The position numbers and the translations under genes were made by a program. Positions 1-14,049 of a stretch of DNA of 60,000 nt are shown here, in pieces (position 1 is the first letter of the stretch; every line of letters begins with the position of its first letter). The notes under the pieces are model-generated. The model had not been told where the DNA came from and ran no database searches. It was given only the letters and a program-made list of their open reading frames with translations. The stretch covers positions 184,266,001 through 184,326,000 of the forward strand of contig NC_086097.1 in assembly GCF_963921235.1 (NCBI RefSeq), read 5' to 3'. This DNA is from Mobula hypostoma (lineage: Eukaryota).

Positions 1-744
1 CTATTTTAAAAATATAAATTAAATGTTACAACTTATTCCCAAATGTAATGACTTTTTGGTTCTCATAGAATTCATCAATTTATCAATGACTTGCTGAATT
101 CTATTTGCATATTCTATTTGATGATGACAGCAGTACAAAATTCAATAAATTATGCTTGCTTTGTATTAGATCAATTAAAGCTTTTTGTACTCAATTCTTT
201 TACACCAATCGATCATAAAAGTTTTATGTGCCACTCTATTTAATGATTAATGATAATGATGCAGAATAGGGTACCTGATAATGGTTTGGATATGTGGAAG
301 TTAGAATTTCTTGCACAGATTCACCTGATTGCTGCCATGCTTCAAACATTGGCACATGGCAATAATAAAGCTGGCTTTTACCTCTTTATATTTAGGTGGG
401 TGATCCAATCAAAATGTTACATATCAGTCTTAATGTAATTTGCCTGAAGAGATGAATGCCTTTTGCTTGTTCCTTTTGTGTGTGTGTATTCATGGGAGAG
501 GAATAACAATTGGCACTCAGTTACAAGTCAGTAATTCAGTTCATTGAGTGGAATGAGTGTTGTGATGCAACAATTTTCAGATGTAAACCTCAACTTGGAG
601 AAGCATGTGGAAAGCTCCAGGTACTTCGGGTCTTTCCATGGGAAGCACTTGGCGACCAAGCATGAGCAGCAGAAAAATAGAGAGAGTAAATCATCTTGAT
701 CACAAGGGGCTGCATAAAAAGAAAATGAGGAAATACTAAGTTAT

Positions 745-850
745 GCATACACAAAATGCTGGAGAAACTCAGCAAGTCAGGCAGCACCGATGGAAATTAA
801 CGGTCGACCCTTATTTGGGACCCTTCTTTGGGACTCTTCTTCAGGACTAG
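745..850 (-). mobile_element. Degenerate Penelope-like terminal repeat fragment
   Basis: ACACAAAATGCTGGAGAAACTCAGCAAGTCAGGCAGCA...CTTCTTCAGGACT resembles the copies at 26.9, 45.4 and 48.6 kb. A more decayed copy lies at about 1000-1120. Confidence 0.7.
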
Positions 851-2959
851 CATGGTTACTTGCATTTTGTGTGTGAAATTTTGTATGTTCTAATTTGTGA
901 AATAATTTGAGATTCTTGTGTAAATATGTTATGGTTCGGAAAAGAAAGCTCTCTGTATGGAGCTTTATTCAACTGAATTGATGTAAGATCCTGGTGGAAA
1001 GACAAGAGACTGCAGATCCTGGAATCTGGAGTAATTGGAAATTGCTGGAAGAACTTGTGGTTTGAACAGATCTGTGGAGGCAAAGGAATTGCTGATGTTT
1101 CAGGTCCAGACCCTGAGTCACTGTCTAATGGTTACCGCAGGAACACTAGAAACATTGAGCGAGCTGAATTCCAGACTTGATTTATTGATCTCGGTTTGGT
1201 ATTTGATTTTGTTTTGATAAATTTCAGGTTTTATTGTATTTGTGTGTTCTTTTCACAGCCTACCTCTTTCTCTACTGAAGGTATTGGCTCATAATTGGAC
1301 ATTTTTTTGTATCTCATCCAGATAACCAGATTTGTATTGTGAGTCTTGTGCATGTGAATGCATGCAGTTCAAATACAGGCAACACCACAGCTGACTTTGA
1401 TTCTTCTGTCTACTACCTTGCATGTGGATAATCATTAGCAGCCCGCCAATTATCTGGCACCACTCCCTCCTAAGTTGTGTTTCTTCTACCACTGCCACGA
1501 GTAAAGAACAGGTAAAATGAATGAAGTCTGCTTTCTCTTGATGTTGTTCACTGAGCCTTCTGAGGAACGGGAAATTAAAATTACAATATCTCATTGCAAA
1601 GATCAAAAGATTGTTCATATTCAGTTATCAATTTGCCTGCCATATGATTTATTCTAGAATATATTTGTAGGATTAAAGCTGTGTTTTTTTTATCCACACA
1701 TAGGCAATTAAGTATTTGCAGTTAAAAATTAAAACAAAGGTAGAACTAAACACAGCTGGGAGTCCATTTGCAGGTGAAAGGATACTCCTTTGATGCTGTA
1801 CCAGCTGTGTGTTTGTTAAGTGAACAGTTTACCGAGCTTCTATCCAACTGTCCACCTATAGTATAATGTAGACAGAAACGGGTTCAGTGGTATTCAGGAA
1901 AAGCATTGCATTAATTTTTCATGCACAAAATGCATATGAGGTATCGCACTGATGCAGGATGGTAATGAAGTCAGGATGTTAAAATCTGCAGGGAATAAAT
2001 CTCCGAGCCACTGAGATATAAGAGTTCATCAAATAATTTAGAGACATTCATATGTTAATGAACCTGGTCAAAACTGCATGTTTAGAATTTTTCATGTTTG
2101 CATTTTGCATTTTTTTTATCTGTTTCGGATTTAACCTATATTACTTTCAGTCTCCATACAGAATAGCATGAGGAAATTAGTATTAAGTGCCAGAGAGCAG
2201 ACAAATGACAGCTTCAATTGTATTTCTCTTCTTAATCTTTATTCTACTGAAATTATCATTATTTCATATATGCTTTGTACCAGGAGTAAATAAACACCAA
2301 TTTCAGTATGTTTTGTTCAGGTTTGGAAAGATTGTTATTGCTATAGCCTGACAATGAGGTGCTTTAGAAATGGTTACATTCTCCACTGCTAATAAATCCT
2401 ACAAATGGATAATAATGTATGTTATAGCATTGTAAAAATGCTTGGGGGAACCAGCAAATGAATAACTAATAAATCTCTTCTATATTGCCTACAGCCCATG
2501 AAGAAAAATTTAAAAAAACAACCGGATTCGTTATCATTAAGCAAACAGTTAACGTTACTTTTCTGTATGCACATGGGGGAGGCATTTGCGAGCTTGCCAG
2601 TAATTACTGTGTCATGTGTAAATTCCAGGGCACTTCGGATGTGCTGGGTGACCGTGTAAGCAGAAGTTATTTCCTGCTGCTCAGTTCTCTAAATTTGACC
2701 GAAACCTCTGCAAGGCATAAGAGGGAATGAAAACCTAGTATGTTCTTTTTCGGAGGTGGTCATTCCACGATTACTGTGAACTCAGCACAAACAACAAGGG
2801 AGTATGTGGCAGAGCAAGAAGAGACTAGCAGTGTGGGATTCTCCTGGGTGTGTGACACTCTCAGACAGTGTTTATATTGAAGGAGATGTTACCTTGAAGG
2901 AATCCACTTTAGAACATGTTGCCATGAGGCAGAGGACAGCATGAAGTATTGGAACATAA

Positions 2960-3450
2960 CAAAATGTGATATTGTAGTGATACTGGGAGATTCATTGATC
3001 AGGATGGCAAGTACCATACTCAAAAAAGAGTTCAAGCTTCCATTTGTCTGTTTATTTTCTGGAGTATTGCATTGTTGCTTATTCATTCTGCAGATGCCTG
3101 AAATTATGGTCTTTGTAGAAATGAATAACTCTGGGAGCAAAAGGCTGAGCTTCTTCAATTAGAACTATGGAAATTAAGAAGGAAAGTATAAAGCAATATC
3201 TAAAATTAGTGCTCTCTGGATTATTTCAAATATCAGGTATTAATAAGTGTTGTAATATGAAACAGATTTAGGACATGGGACAGGAAGGAGGTATTTTGAT
3301 TCCTCAAATCTCTAGAGCACCAGCTCTCAGGTGCTGAGGGGAAAGAGATTTATATTTGCTGACAAATTACAAAAAGATGCAGGAATCACATAGTTCAATT
3401 ATTACTATGCCAACTAGGAAAGTAAAATTAAAGGAAGAGAAGGGATACAA
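2960..3450 (+). mobile_element. Old CR1 LINE ORF1 (SGNH esterase) remnant
   Basis: VVILGDSLIR motif in ORF 2941..3162; the rest is heavily decayed. Confidence 0.5.
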
Positions 3451-3802
3451 ATTCTTGTGATGTATTCAAATTTGCTGCTACTCACCAATGGTGAATACTG
3501 CAAGCATTAAAAATACTTCATTGAATGTAAATTCTTTCACATGTCCTGAAGTTTTAAAATTGTGGAAGCACAAGCTAAGGATCTTCTTCACTTCTCAGTA
3601 TCTTACTGCTTCATGAAGATCTCTTCACACCTGCACATTCAGTCCTGCCAACTCCATCGTCACTTCAAGACTGCTGGACTTCAACACCTAGCTTCTTCTG
3701 AAAGTCCATCTCAGTGGTCACAAACTCTTCATTAATATTCTAATAGTTCTGATCCTGGAAAGACCTCGAGCATCATCGTGACACATGGATTTCTTCCCTG
3801 GT

Positions 3803-5060
3803 CAAAGTAAATTTATTATCAAAGTACATATATTTCACCTTATACTATGCTGAGGTTGGTTCATTTCTTGTGAGCGTTCACAGTAAGTACAAGGTGACAC
3901 CATAGAATCAGTGAGAAACTGTACACACAGACAGACAAAGAATCCGAATCAGATTTAATACCACTGGCATATGTGAAATTTGTTAACTTTGCAACGGTGG
4001 TATGATGCAATACATGATTATACAGAGAAAAATAAAATTGAATTACACTAAATGTGTGTGTATAATATGTATATTAAAATTAAGTAGTACAAAAACAATA
4101 GGAAATTTAAAAAAAAGTAGTGAGGTAGTGTTCATGGGTACAATGTCCATTCAGAAATTGTATGACAGAGGGGAAGAAGCTGTTCCTGAATCACTGACGT
4201 GTGCCTTCAGGCTTCTGTACCTCCTTCCTGATGGTAGCAGTGAGAAGAAGGCATGTCCTGGGCGGTGGAGGTCTGTAATGATGGACGCTGCCTTTCTGAG
4301 GCACCATGCCTTGAAGATGACCTGGATATTATGGAGGCTAGTGCCCCTGATGGAGCTGGCTAATTTCACAACTCTCTGAAGCTTACTTTGATCCTGTGCA
4401 GTAGCAACCCCACCCCCCCCCCATCCTCGCTTTACCCAACGATCATGCAACCAGTTAGGATGCTCTCCATGGTACTTTCGTAGAATTTCACGAGTGTTTT
4501 TGGTGACATATCAAATCTCCCCAACTCTTAATGAAGTATAGCTGCTGTGCAAAAGGGAACAAGTTATATAAATACTGTACAAAAATAATAATAAATATTA
4601 AGAGCATGAGTTACAGAGTTCTTGAAAGCAAGTCCATAGGTTGTGGAATTGGTTCAGTGTTGAGCTGAGTGAAGTTCAGGAGTCTGATGGTTGAGGGGTA
4701 ATAACTGTTCCTTATCCTGCTGGTGTGGGACCTAAGACTTCTGTACCTCCTTCGTGATGGAAGAAGCGAGAAGAGGGCATGGCATGGATGGTGGGGTCCT
4801 TGATGATAGACAGATGCTGCTTTCCTGCAGCAGTGCTCCTTGTTGATGGTGAGGGCTTTACTTGTGATGGACTGGGCTGCATCCAATACCTTTTGTAGGC
4901 TTCTCCATTCAAGGGCATTGGTGTTTCTACACCAAGCCATGTTGCAACCAGTCAGTATGCCATGCATCTACAGATGTTGGTCAAAGTTTTAGATGGCATG
5001 CTGAATCTTTGCAAACTTCTAAGAAAGTAGAGGTGCTGCTGTGCCTCCTGTGAGAGGTTG
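3803..5060 (-). mobile_element. Two nested Rex1/Babar-type LINE 3' fragments (inner copy about 3945-4545)
   Basis: ORFs 4151..4450 and 4611..4967 both encode the C-terminal motif CxRKAASI...HPGHALFSLLPSGRRYRSL. Confidence 0.8.
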
Positions 5061-8000
5061 TTGTTGCTCCTTGGCTCCATGCAGCAATCCCATCAACTGT
5101 ATATTTACACATATATATCTCCTTTCTACTCCTGCAACTTTGGCTTATATCACAGACTGCTCCCGGATGACTTTGAAACATTATTCCAGTAAAGTAGATC
5201 ACCATTTTTCCTTCCAAAATTTCTACTTGCCGTCTTTGCTGAGCACTTGCTCTAAGCCCCTGTTCTTCAGTAACTTCAGTCTTCATGAATTTTCCAATGG
5301 AAGATCTTGCAGTAATACGTTAAAATTTAAAAGTGTGCTGTTCCTCTAAATATAACATTTAATTTCTTTTACACTTATTTATAATTTTACTGTTTTAGTT
5401 TTTTTCTACTTCTCAGCTTATTGTTCTTGCCTACCAACAGTATAATAATCTGTAAATTTATGCTAAGTAATTTGCAAAGTTAATCAATTTGTCAGAGTTG
5501 AGAGTAATACAGAAATTTATGTCACCAAGAAATTTCTTGTAGCTGATTGGATAGCATGCATTATTCATTGGGATTCACTCATATTTGATTTTTTTTTAGA
5601 ACACAGTTTCAGCTATGGTAACTAATCGTATGACTCAGAAATTAGCAACTGTTTTTCCTCGACATTTTTTCCAGATAAAATATCTAAGGCCGAAAAATAA
5701 GATTTTATGTGTTGTAACGTCAGCTGTTTGGCAATATAAAATTAAATGTTATGTCTTAATAGCTTCATTAAGATTTCAAATTCAAAGGAATGTTTATTTT
5801 TAAAGCCCACTCTGAGACTTTTTCCTTTCCAAAGAGTTGCTAAAAATAAATAACCATTTTGTACTTGGGCTGTTTACAGGGTGTCAGTGGATGGATCAGT
5901 TAGGGTCCCTCAACTGAATCTCTTTTGCCCATTCTTTAATCATAAAGGCATTGCTGGTTATGCCATGGAAGTAAGCCCATCATGTTTTATTGGCTCCAGA
6001 TCAGAACTAATTCATCTGCTTTGCTTTTTATCCATAGTCCTGTGACTCGCTCTGAATTAAATATTTATTCACTTTTCACTCAGCTGATGCACTTATTTCT
6101 TCCATAACTGCTCTATGATGAAGCTTTCCACACTCAAACAGCCTTCTCTGGTTAGTCTAAGATCTTGGACTTGCTCACAATGACTACTTCAAATAACCTT
6201 TACCTCACATCATTTTATTATTGTCCCTCTTGCCAGAGAAAATACTTTAAAAATTAAGCCAGAGTCTTTTTCATAATTTTAATTGTGTTTTCTCCTAACT
6301 TTCAATGAATCAGTGGAATATCCTGCCGATTTCAATAAATTATTGCAATAAATGATCATCCCCGTATTATTCCAGTGGACCTGCAATGCCCTTTCTCTTT
6401 TAGTAATACCTTCATTTTCCCAGTCATTTTACTTGGGCTTCATTCAGTTGAATTGCAGTAACGTTGATGTTAAATAGAGGAAAAATGTCATCCTAGAACA
6501 GTCACTGAAGACCGACATGTACAGTAGTTACACACAATTAAATGGTCAATTTATATGTTGATCTTTATTACAAGAGGATCTGTGTATAAAAGTAAAGATT
6601 CCTTACTGTGATTATATAATCTCTCAATCCACCAGATCTAGAGGGTTAGTGGAAATCAAAAAAACAGTTTGCAGTTGTGTGTATGTTCACTCTCCTCCCG
6701 CTGCTGTAGTGTTGTGTTTCTGTTAAAGCCACAATTTCTGCCATATACGCCGAGCATCTTCCTGGCAGTGCTCCTGTAGCTAATTCCTCTCCCGTCATCT
6801 AGTCCGTGCTTTCCCATCTATATACCTCGGGACCCACTTATAAAAACCCTCCTCTACTTCCCCTTCCATTGGTGTTTCCTTTACACCAGTATCTTGCGCC
6901 TGCTCTATTTCCAGTTTTAGGATGGTACTTGTGGGGTTTACTCCAGTATCGCTCACTGTTGATACTGATTTGTCTTTGGGGATGAGAACTGTCTCCCAAG
7001 TTGTCTTCCGACTGTCTGTGACTGCTCTCAGCTTCCCTGTATTCGACCTCAATGTGCACAGTGTAATGATCTGATTAGTGTGAACAGTACACAAGACAAG
7101 CTTTTCACTGAATGTGACAATAATGATGGGTTGCTTCACACTCTGCACAGTACTCAATTCAAGCTGCAGTTGATTATAAATTCTTTATCCGTAACTATAT
7201 TTTAAAATATTTTATGTTCCTGATCAGGCCTTTAGCTTTAAATCTGGAATTGTAGATTTACGGCTTTTGCAGAACAGAGAGAGACAATTCAGCTACTCAG
7301 GGTCTGTTTTGGTTCTCTGAAAGAGCCATCTGCTTAGTCTCATCCTCCTACCCTTCCCTATGGATTTTTATGTATTTTTCGTGTTTGCTCATTTCTTTTT
7401 AAAAGTAAATATGGATTTTGCAGTCATCCAGCTCTGGGACAGCATTTTATCAAAAAATATATACAGTACTGAATATAGGCATCACCGTTTGAGTAATCAC
7501 ATGAAATTAGGGTAATTTGTGTGCCACTTGCGGAGGACTAGACACTGAGTTCCAAAAACATTTCCATTCAATTTTAATTCTGGGTTCTAAGTTGTATTGC
7601 CTCTAATTCTACAAAACCCAAATTATAAGCCAAATCTAGCATTTACTCTATATATTCTTTCTGACATAAAACTTTATTTAAAATTGCATGAGCTGGAGGC
7701 ATTTCTCATTACTGTCGCGATAAATTAAATCCTGAATCAAAATGCAAAAGTCATTCAGTATTTGTAGCTTGAGATCTATCTAACTGTGATAAGGCCAGTC
7801 TAGCAGAGTTGATTCAAAAGTGTTCTGGTTCCTAATGAATTGAGGTCTGACAGTGAAATGTGAAGTGAGTCTACTAGCTTCCACAAGACTGACAGAGGGC
7901 CTGAAGAGATGCTTTGATTTTATTTTTGCAATGCACCCCAGCTCTGAATAGTACAATGGGACCAAAGAGATTAATGATAGGAGTAAGTGGAGTTGAAGGG

Positions 8001-8239
8001 GTGTCAGTTTAAAGATTCCTGCTTCAATTACCAGTGTGGCAGAGGAGTACCATAATTGCTGACAATTATGGACCAACATTTTTAACTTCTAAAACTGTGG
8101 AATTATGCTTAGTATTATGGCTGGAGGAATTTGGCTCAAAGATGAAAAAACAATCATTTTGGATGAAGGAGCAGAGAGTACAATCTTTACACATTTTGTC
8201 TGTATTCATACAATTTCCTAAGGGTTAATTTGAGAACTG

Positions 8240-8660
8240 ATGAAATTTGAAAAGATTACCTACTTCCCAGAGCTTTGAAAGAAGTTGATTTAGAGATGGT
8301 GATGTTCTGTTATCATCTTCCAAAGTTACTTAAGATGATTCAACTGTTCCTGTGGATTGGGGATAAGTGAATGTGGCCCACTTTGTAGAAGGAAGGACGA
8401 GAGAATAAAGAGAACAACTGACCTATTAGCCTAACATCAACAATCTGGCAAATGCTGGAATCTATATTGAAAGTAATGATAACAGAACACTTTCAACAGA
8501 ATAATACTATTGATCAGGGTCAGAAATTAAACATTGCTAACATTTAGTACTAAAATATATTGTGTATATAAATTGTGAGATTTAGTGTAAATTGGCATCA
8601 AGGTCAGCACAACAAATGAGCCGAGTGGTTTGTCCTATGCTGTTTGCTCTATGTTCTATA
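8240..8660 (+). mobile_element. Old CR1 fragments (RT upstream region and 3' tail)
   Basis: Decayed similarity to the CR1 at 30.7-30.9 kb; CTATGTTCTA tail near 8650. Confidence 0.55.
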
Positions 8661-8977
8661 AAGTTGAAATAAAATAACATTTAAAATTCATATCCTTATT
8701 TTCCTGTCCCTCTGCATCCAGGTTCTTCCCTTTCTTCACTATTTCTTTATTCATACCCCTTGAGATGTGAGATCTTCCATTTCAATTCCAAAACAGACAG
8801 TTGCATTTCATATTCTAGGATATGAAGATTTGGACACTTCTTCCTACTGTCATACTGCTCAATGTCCTCGCCTTCTTAAATGGTGCTTATTAAACCAACT
8901 CTTTGACTCAGTGTTTGGTCTTATTCTCCAATAATTTATTATGTTACTCAGTGTTTCATTTTGTTTGATAATATTCA

Positions 8978-10445
8978 TTGAATTGAATTGACTTCATTAC
9001 TTACATCCTTTATATACATGAGGAGTAAAAATCTTTGTTATGCCTCCATCTAAATGTACTGTTTATAGTAATTTATAATAAATAGTATGTACAACAGAAT
9101 AATCATTAAAACTTAGAAATACTGTTGTGTCAGCATGATGAATCAGTCTGATGGCCTGGTGGAAGAAGCTGTCCTGGAGCCTGTCATTCCTGGCTTTTAT
9201 GCTGCGGTACTGTTTCCCGGATGGTAGCAGCTGGAACAGTTTGTGGTTGGGGTAATTCAGGTCTTCAATGATCCTTTGGGCCCTTTTTACACACCTGTCT
9301 TTGTAAATGTCCTGAATAGTGGGAAGTTCACACCTACAGATGCGCTGGCTCGTCTACACCACTTTCTGCAGAGTCCTGCGATTGAGGGAGGTACAGTTCC
9401 CATACCAGGCAGTAATGCAGCCAGTCAGGATGCTCCCCATTGTGTCCCTGTAGAAATTCTTAGGATTTGGGGGCCTATACCAAACTTCTTCAACCGTCTG
9501 AGGTCAAAGAGATGCTCTTGTGCCTTTTTCACCACACAGCCGGTATGTACAGACCACATGAGATCCTCGGTGAGGTTTATGCCGAGGAACTTAAAGTTGT
9601 GCACCCTCTCAACCCCAGATCCATTGATGTCAATAGGGGCTAGCTTGTCTCCATTCTTCCTGTACTCCACACCAGCTCCTTTGTATTTGTGACATTGAGG
9701 GAGAGGTAGTTTTCTTGACACCACTGTGTCAGGGTGATGACTTCTTCTCTGTAAGTTGCCTCGTTATTATTTGAGATTAGGTCAATCAGTGTAATGTCAG
9801 CAAATTTAATTAGTAGATTGGAGCTGTGCGTGGCGACACATTCACGGGTTTACAGAGAGTAAAGGAGGGCACTTAGTACCCAGGCAAGGGCCCTCTACCC
9901 TCCCCTCTCCACCCTCCCTCCCTCCCTTCCTCAGTACACAGCCCTGTGGGGCACCTGTGTTGAGGGTCAGAGGTGAGGGAGCCCACTCTTACCACCTGCC
10001 AGCAATCTGACAGGAAGCCCAGGATCCAGCTACACAAGGTAGAGTGAAGGCCAAGGTCTCTGAGCTTCTTGTCGAGCCTGGAGGGAATTATGGTGTTGAA
10101 TGCTGAACTGTAGTCCAAGAACAGCATTCTCACATAAGCATCATTCTCCAGGTGTGTAAGGATGGTGTGTAGAGCTGTGGTTATTGCATCATCTGTCGAC
10201 CTGTTGTGTCGGTAGGTGAATTGTAGGGGGTCCAGTGTGGGTGGCAGCATGCTGCAGCTGTAGTCCTTGACCAGCCTCTCAAAGCATTTGCTTATTATTG
10301 AGGTGAGTGAGACAGGACGCCAGTTCTTCAGACATGTTACCTTGGTCTTTTAGGTACAGGAACAATGGTGGATGATTTGAAGCAGGAGGGCACTCTACAC
10401 TGGGAGAGGGAGAGATTAAAAATGTCTGTTAGCACACCTATCAGT
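8978..10445 (-). mobile_element. Rex1/Babar LINE, 5'-truncated, disrupted reverse transcriptase
   Basis: ORF 9873..10250 has [18 protein letters not shown]...[21 protein letters not shown] 9425..9724 has VERVHNFKFLGI. A (TTCAA)n tail lies near 8980. Confidence 0.9.
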
Positions 10446-10724
10446 GCGTCGTAATCATGTGAAGTACCTTGATATATTTTACTACTTTAACAGAGCCATA
10501 TAAATATTGTACATGCTATTATTAGAAAGAAATTGAACATTGCTAACATTTAGTACTGAAATGTATGGTAGTGTGTGTAATTTTGATACAGACAGCAAAA
10601 TAATTCTTCCTAGTTGTTAACTGCAATGTAGTCATGGTCTAAGTCAATAGAATAGAATTTTGAAAGTTAAGCACATTAGATAGTAGCAAACATGTTTGTT
10701 TAGCCCAGTAAACTAAAGGCCAGT

Positions 10725-10990
10725 TTCATTCTCCATTCTCCATCCCCTTTTCCCTGTGTCATCTCATCTCACCAATCAACTTCCCAGTTCTTTACTTCAC
10801 CCCCACCTCTAGGTTTCACCAATCACCTGGTGGTTCTCTCTCCCCTCCCCTCTCTCCCCAGCTTTTAAATCTACTCCTCAGCTTTTTTTCTTCCTGTGCT
10901 GAAGGGTTTCAGCCCGAAACGTCGACTGTACTTTTTTTCCATAGATGCTGCCCGGCCTGCTGAGTTCCTCCAGCATTTTGTGTGTGTTGG
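10725..10990 (+). mobile_element. Penelope-like 3' end with degenerate hammerhead motif (about 10896-10926)
   Basis: Pyrimidine-rich tract followed by GTGCTGAAGGGTTTCAGCCCGAAACGTCGAC...CCAGCATTTTGTGTGTGTTG. Confidence 0.75.
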
Positions 10991-11125
10991 CCAGTCTCTC
11001 CCCTGGGATGTCAATTTTAATTTGACATCATACATCCCAATTTGCTAATAATGCTCAATAGCTGTTTGAAGAGTCATTTTTATAAGATATAGTATATGTA
11101 AGTAACATTTTGTTTTTGCCTTTAG

Positions 11126-11211
11126 GTAAACAAGATTATAAGAAAACCAAATCAGTTTTAAAAGCAACGCGATTGAAAGCAGAAGCAAAGAAAACAGCAC
11201 CAGGAATAAGG
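11126..11211 (+). CDS. TRIQK: TRIQK internal coding exon (86 nt): (G)KQDYKKTKSVLKATRLKAEAKKTAPGIR
   Basis: Pyrimidine tract and TTTAG acceptor end at 11125; GT donor at 11212. The translation closely resembles vertebrate TRIQK as recalled (GKQDYKKTKPILRATKLKAEAKKTAIGIK). The phase-0 end joins the exon at 26265 in frame. Confidence 0.95.
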
Positions 11212-11989
11212 GTGTGTGTGGTTGTTTAATAACCTTCATTAAATTTAAATAAGTGCCAGATTTTTTTTTCCTTAAAGACAACTGACCCAAATACTGATTA
11301 GTTCTCTAAAATATTGTTGTTAATATTTAAGAATCCATGCAGACATAAGGAACTAAGTATTTCTATGGCATTGCACTTAAAACAAATTACTTTGTGCCTT
11401 TGGTGATAATTGAAAGTAGGCTAAAATTATTAGCAGCATAGAATGATTAGGCACGGAAGGAGCCCATCCACCCACATACTTCTGCTGGGACTTTGGTTAG
11501 CTATTGGGTTTATCCTACTGCACTGTGTACTTTCTGCACAGGGTCAATAATTTTATTTTCTTTATTGAATGTTATTTTTATAACCACCCTCTCAGGCAGA
11601 GCATTCCATGTCACAGGCATTAGCTACTTACAAAATTGTTTATCATGTTACTTTTGTTTCTTTACCCAAGGATCTTAAAAGTGCCCAGTGCAGTATGATA
11701 ATGCATCTGAGGCTTTACTTATGGTTTTTAAAAAATTAGAAGGAATTATGTAAAAATAATGCAGCCCTTTTGTGTAATGAATTCCAGTTTCATTTATGCC
11801 CCACAGTTGCAGTCCTTCAATTTCCATGAACCTACTCAGTTTCACTATCTTTTGTTGCCCATTCCCTTTATTAACTATCAATCAACTTCTTATATGCTGC
11901 AATGGTTCTGCATTTATCCATTCACTCTAGAGATGCCTTCACTGTGAGGAACTTTCTCCTTTTTAGGCTGGATCTCTTGCATCTAAATG

Positions 11990-12330
11990 ATGGGATGGTA
12001 TAAAGAAAGGATGTTGCTTCCCTTTATTAGTCAAGGCACGAAGTTCAAGAATCAGGAAGATATGTTGTAGCTTTATAAACCTCTGTTTATAAAGCCAAGG
12101 CTGGAGTATTGCATTCAGTTCTTGTCAACCCATGATAGAAAATGTCATACCCATGTGGAATCTTTTGAGTTGGTGCAGAAGAGGTTTACCAGGGTTAGAG
12201 AACATATGCTGAAAGGAGATGTTTGATAAACTAGGATTATTTCCTCTGGAGCAGTGGAAGCTGAGGGGAGACCTGAGAGGCACAGATATAGTAGATAAAC
12301 GAGATCTTTTTCCTTAGGATTGAAATGTCT
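11990..12330 (+). mobile_element. Old CR1 3' ORF2 fragment
   Basis: CTGGAGTATTGCATTCAGTTCT (LEYCIQF) and GTGCAGAAGAGGTTTACCAGG (VQKRFTR). Confidence 0.7.
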
Positions 12331-14049
12331 AATACTGTGCTCTATCGGATCCATTTCCTTTTGTTCAAAGGGCATCTCCCTGTATAAAGACTGTTTGACC
12401 TGAACAGGTTGGCCATTGATAATAGCTACCGTATCTTTAATCAACCAACTTTACGTGGAGTTGAGTGTCTTGCTTTACTTCAATATTCTGAAGTTCCTTG
12501 AACTCCTCTGTAGAAAGTGAGGGTTACCTGTCAAATGAACAGAGTTTACTAAGTTATAACAGTTTCCTTTCATCTTCAGGATTAAGGTTTGATCTGGACT
12601 ATAAAGATGCAGAGTGGGAGAATCTCAAACTAACTACCTTTAGGTATGGTTATGCATTGTAGAACTGCACTTTAAATAGCATTAATACTAATCACACCAA
12701 CTGCATTGTGATTTGTAATAAACGTATGACATCATTCATCAGTGTTATGTGTGCTTTTGTATAATTCTTCGCATGCAACAAATTTCAATTATTTTTGTAA
12801 ACGTTTGCTTCTTCTGAGTGTCACTGAAGAAACAAATATTATGCCATTCACTATTCAAGAATACTATATTTTGAAGTATTCCTATTAATCTTTTTGATAT
12901 GAGACATATTAATAATATTTTTCTCATTCCTTCACTTTGCTAGGTGAACAAGATCATCTTTTTCAGTTTTGTATGCAGTCTATTTCTTGTGCAACTTGCT
13001 GATTGTGAGTGTGCACTGTGTGACTTATTCTGTGATTTAGAAGTAAAGTCCACTGATATGTATGGTATATTTCAGGCATCCAAATATAAAGCTCTTCAAG
13101 TAGCCTTTGCACTTGTCAAAACTCCTCCATTTTAGTCATCCAGAATCAAGAATGTTCCTGAACCCCCTTTACTTTTGTTCAAAATGCATCTGCTAGTGCA
13201 AAGAATGTTTCACCTGAACAGGTTGGCTTGGAACGCTTGGAACTCAGGAGCTCAAAATTTGAGGCTGCACACCTTGGTCAAGGAAAGATTTGTTTCTCTT
13301 TCTTCATGTGTTTTTTTTTTCTGCTGTTAGAGCAAAGCAAAGTTTTTCAAAGTGGGAGAGTCCATAATATAGGTGTTGCTGTCAGGATAGTTTCTTCATT
13401 GTTTGAACATTCCAGTTTTCTTCTGAAATGTTTTATGCATGCACTTGTCCTGTTTCTTCTGCTACATATTCATTCTTTGGTCCTGACTGATCTTTATTTG
13501 GGAAAACGCTCATCTGACATCTGCACACAATTCCTGGCCCATTTCAACTGGTGCATAACAATCGTGGTCCTGACACTGGTCGTATTGGCTTTGATTAGTT
13601 CAGTTCATCATCTGCGCTTCTGTGTTTGTAATTCTGTTTGAGCCTTAAGAATTCCGAGGCAGCATTGATGATATTGCTCTGAGGCCCTTTAATGGTTTTG
13701 ATACAAAACACTGGATTCACAGCCATAAAGAAGGTTTTTATGACCAAGGCACTGCATATTAATAGCTTGGTTGAGGTCTGGAGATAATGATGTTTGAAAA
13801 ATAGCTCCCCATAGACTAGAACATGCAAACTTCATTCTATGCTGTTTACTTTGTCAATATGTTCTTTGTAGGAAAGAAAATCACTTGGTGTTGTAAAGTT
13901 CGCCATGTTTTCCAGTTCTTATGCATCTTTCTTGATACATGATGGTGAAATTGGATGTCTTATGACCGACAGTTGTAACACTTCTGTTTTCTTATAATTG
14001 ACAATGTCTCCCAGAGCCAGTATATACTTAAAAAGAGAGACTTAAGGTT

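Noticed and set aside
1..11125. TRIQK start-codon exon (MGRKD...QYRKQI)
   Set aside because: No matching sequence found by eye; it probably lies upstream of the window.
13100..14000. Possible decayed DNA transposase or unannotated exon
   Set aside because: No convincing motif, TIRs or splice-consistent frame identified.
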